DNA of 29,366 nucleotides from a virus (taxonomy: Duplodnaviria; Caudoviricetes): the IMG/VR virus record IMGVR_UViG_3300037755_000064, positions 1 through 29,366 of that record. One strand, written 5' to 3'. The notes below the pieces were generated by a model. The model ran no database searches. It saw only the letters and a program-made list of their open reading frames with translations, and was not told where the DNA came from. A program made the translations under genes and the position numbers. Of the stretch, positions 27,351-29,366 are shown piece by piece (the stretch's first letter is position 1; the number at the start of each line of letters is the position of its first letter).

Positions 27351-27872
27351 ATGTCTAAAAATATTTTGGTAGAAAGTCTTGAGCGACGGATGAGACATTC
27401 GATGATTAGACTTCTTGAAGAGTTTGATAAGCGGTTTTCCGAATCCGATAATGGAAATCTATTTAAGATTGATATAAAACATACAATGAACGATATGATT
27501 CGTGCCAGTCGAGACGAATTAAATGACTACGATATCATATATAAACCGATTAAAATTCGCCCGGATAATACGCTTTCAATGACTACTCAATTTATGGAAA
27601 GTATTCAGCGTGTTGAATTTAGTACAGTTGATATTAGTTTTAAGATAATTGCTGATAAAACAAAGGTTAAGGTATTAGATGCTCTTAGAAAAGAAATTAA
27701 TGCTGGGATAACATTTTTGGATGATAATGAAAAGGTTGTTTATATTGTTGCTGGAATTAACGACTGTATATCTTCTTTACCATTTTTAGATAGATATAGA
27801 TTCGTTCCTAGTGTAAGGGCTGAATATGTGAAATGGCGTTCTCGCTTAGTTTATTTATACGTTAGGAGTTAG
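27351..27872 (+). CDS. Hypothetical protein
   Basis: SD AGGAG before ATG 27351. Confidence 0.7.
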   Translation: MSKNILVESLERRMRHSMIRLLEEFDKRFSESDNGNLFKIDIKHTMNDMIRASRDELNDYDIIYKPIKIRPDNTLSMTTQFMESIQRVEFSTVDISFKIIADKTKVKVLDALRKEINAGITFLDDNEKVVYIVAGINDCISSLPFLDRYRFVPSVRAEYVKWRSRLVYLYVRS

Positions 27873-27877
27873 GTTAT

Positions 27878-28660
27878 ATGACAAATCAGGTATTTAAAGC
27901 TAAAGATAGACATGGTGCAGAAATGGAGTTCGAGATTAAGCCTCCTACTCGCCAAGTTGAAACAGAGGCTGATATAAACTTCCGTAGAGCATATGCAGAA
28001 TCATTAAAATTTGGTCTTTTGCCACGCGAAGGACTAAGAAAGATGATGCGAGATAATGATATCTGGTCCGACAAGCATGAAAAAGAACTTAAAGATGGAA
28101 TAGCCAATGTTGCCAGATTAGAGGTTTTATTAAATCATTATGAAACAAGTGGCAATAAAGAAGAATGTCTAAAAACTGCTGGTGATTTAGCTAAAAGTCG
28201 TCGGCGGATGTGGGAACTTATACTTATTCAACAGTCGGCTTTTATGAATTCATCTTGTGAGGCGTATGCCGAGATGATTCGTCTAGAGTCACAATTAGCA
28301 GCATCGGTTGTTATTAAGGCAACTGGCCAGAGATATTGGAAAGATTATAAAGAATATGTGTTGGAAAGAGATACTAACGAGATAGCAACCGTGGCAAATA
28401 ACGCTATGATTTTGGCAAATGAAGAAATGACTAAGCAACAAACGGAAATGACCGAAAATAATCCCGAACAACGATGGCTTAAAAAATTCAAGTTAGATAC
28501 TTTGGAGACTCAAAAAAAGGCTCAAAAAGAGCTGAGAAACAGAGTGGAGAAATCAGTTGGCACTTCAAACAAACCTAAGACTAAAGTTAGTAAGACCAAA
28601 ACAGACAATAAGACAGCACGTAACAAGAAATTGGCAACTAAGCCTGCCAAGACTGTCTGA
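27878..28660 (+). CDS. Putative tail assembly chaperone, short form, with Lys-rich tail
   Basis: SD AGGAG; helical; paralogous to 26129-27343. Confidence 0.55.
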   Translation: MTNQVFKAKDRHGAEMEFEIKPPTRQVETEADINFRRAYAESLKFGLLPREGLRKMMRDNDIWSDKHEKELKDGIANVARLEVLLNHYETSGNKEECLKTAGDLAKSRRRMWELILIQQSAFMNSSCEAYAEMIRLESQLAASVVIKATGQRYWKDYKEYVLERDTNEIATVANNAMILANEEMTKQQTEMTENNPEQRWLKKFKLDTLETQKKAQKELRNRVEKSVGTSNKPKTKVSKTKTDNKTARNKKLATKPAKTV

Positions 28661-29213
28661 ATGGATGTCTCATCAACTGATTCCTGCTTTGGTTGATGGT
28701 GGTCTTGGAATACGTGGTATTAGCCAGACACCATTTTATGTTTTTATTAATAGTCAAGAAGGATTGTCACAACTTGGGATTCGACCACAAGATCCTCCAA
28801 AATTGTTGGAGGCATATAGAAGAATGTTTAAGGTTAAAATTAGCGGTAATACTATTGAATTACAGTTTGGTAATGTTCACAATCTTAAATTAGCTACTCC
28901 GCATTTTGCCAGTGGAACAGGAAGGCTAAAAATAAAATCGTGGCTTGAATGGATTGTTGACGGAAGAACTGAACCTTTTGGATATGTACCAAGAGCATCT
29001 TTACCAAAAGGGATGCATAAGAATATACGTTTAAGTTCTCCGTTAGGTGGTTTGATGCTTAAAGCAGGTCAATTTAGAAGTTCTGGATTTTGGAGTATAC
29101 CAAAACTTGCATTAGGATATGATGTTGCATGGGTTCAACAAAATCAACCCGCAATAGAACGTGCTATGGAACACGCTATTGTTAAGATTCTTACAAGACA
29201 GTTTGGTAGATAA
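28557..29213 (+). CDS. Hypothetical tail-region protein (TTG start)
   Basis: GGAG 7 nt before TTG; 218 codons; SWLEW motif. Confidence 0.65.
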   Translation: MALQTNLRLKLVRPKQTIRQHVTRNWQLSLPRLSEWMSHQLIPALVDGGLGIRGISQTPFYVFINSQEGLSQLGIRPQDPPKLLEAYRRMFKVKISGNTIELQFGNVHNLKLATPHFASGTGRLKIKSWLEWIVDGRTEPFGYVPRASLPKGMHKNIRLSSPLGGLMLKAGQFRSSGFWSIPKLALGYDVAWVQQNQPAIERAMEHAIVKILTRQFGR

Positions 29214-29216
29214 CAT

Positions 29217-29366
29217 ATGTCACGCATACAATTAGACGCAATCTTGAGATTGGTTGATGTTAGTATCAATCCTATTATTTTCAAGAAAATTAGTCAGATG
29301 ACAGCTAGTATGCCAAAAAATATGCAGGTTACCGTTAAGGCCGCTAATCAATTAAATAGTTCAATG
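29217..29366 (+). CDS. 5' end of a gene running off the window, probably tape measure protein
   Basis: 50 open codons MSRIQLDAILRLVDV...; position after the chaperones. Product inferred from synteny only. Confidence 0.45.
   Translation, partial: MSRIQLDAILRLVDVSINPIIFKKISQMTASMPKNMQVTVKAANQLNSSM

Noticed and set aside
28513-28519. In-frame A AAA AAG slippery heptamer in the putative chaperone gene
   Set aside because: The -1 frame stops at TAA 28576-28578 after about 20 codons and does not enter ORF 28557, which is the +1 frame; not a G/GT frameshift.
1-29366. Stop-codon reassignment as seen in some large phages
   Set aside because: Genes are full length in code 11 and end in TAA, TAG and TGA; the observed breaks are frame changes, not in-frame stops.

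Overview
This window is a dense, entirely + strand segment of a large tailed dsDNA phage or prophage (standard code 11) covering its virion morphogenesis module. In order it holds two glycosyltransferases and a SAM methyltransferase, an ERCC4-type nuclease, large terminase, portal, a prohead protease-scaffold fusion, head decoration protein, major capsid protein, neck proteins, a double-domain tail tube, a duplicated pair of putative tail chaperones and the probable start of the tape measure gene. Five nuclease insertions interrupt the module: a stand-alone tnpB with an omegaRNA-like 3' structure, two zinc-finger-repeat HNH genes, and two paralogous cassettes fusing DNA-binding repeats, a PD-(D/E)xK nuclease and a Mom-like GNAT domain. 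The two cassettes lie directly behind the capsid and tail tube genes. Each has a GGCATAAT sigma70-like promoter and a leader hairpin, and the first is coupled to an MT-A70 methylase broken by one extra C in its DPPW motif. A recurrent TTAGTGTA motif precedes several structural gene blocks and is a candidate late promoter. All calls come from reading motifs and synteny by eye; no searches were run.
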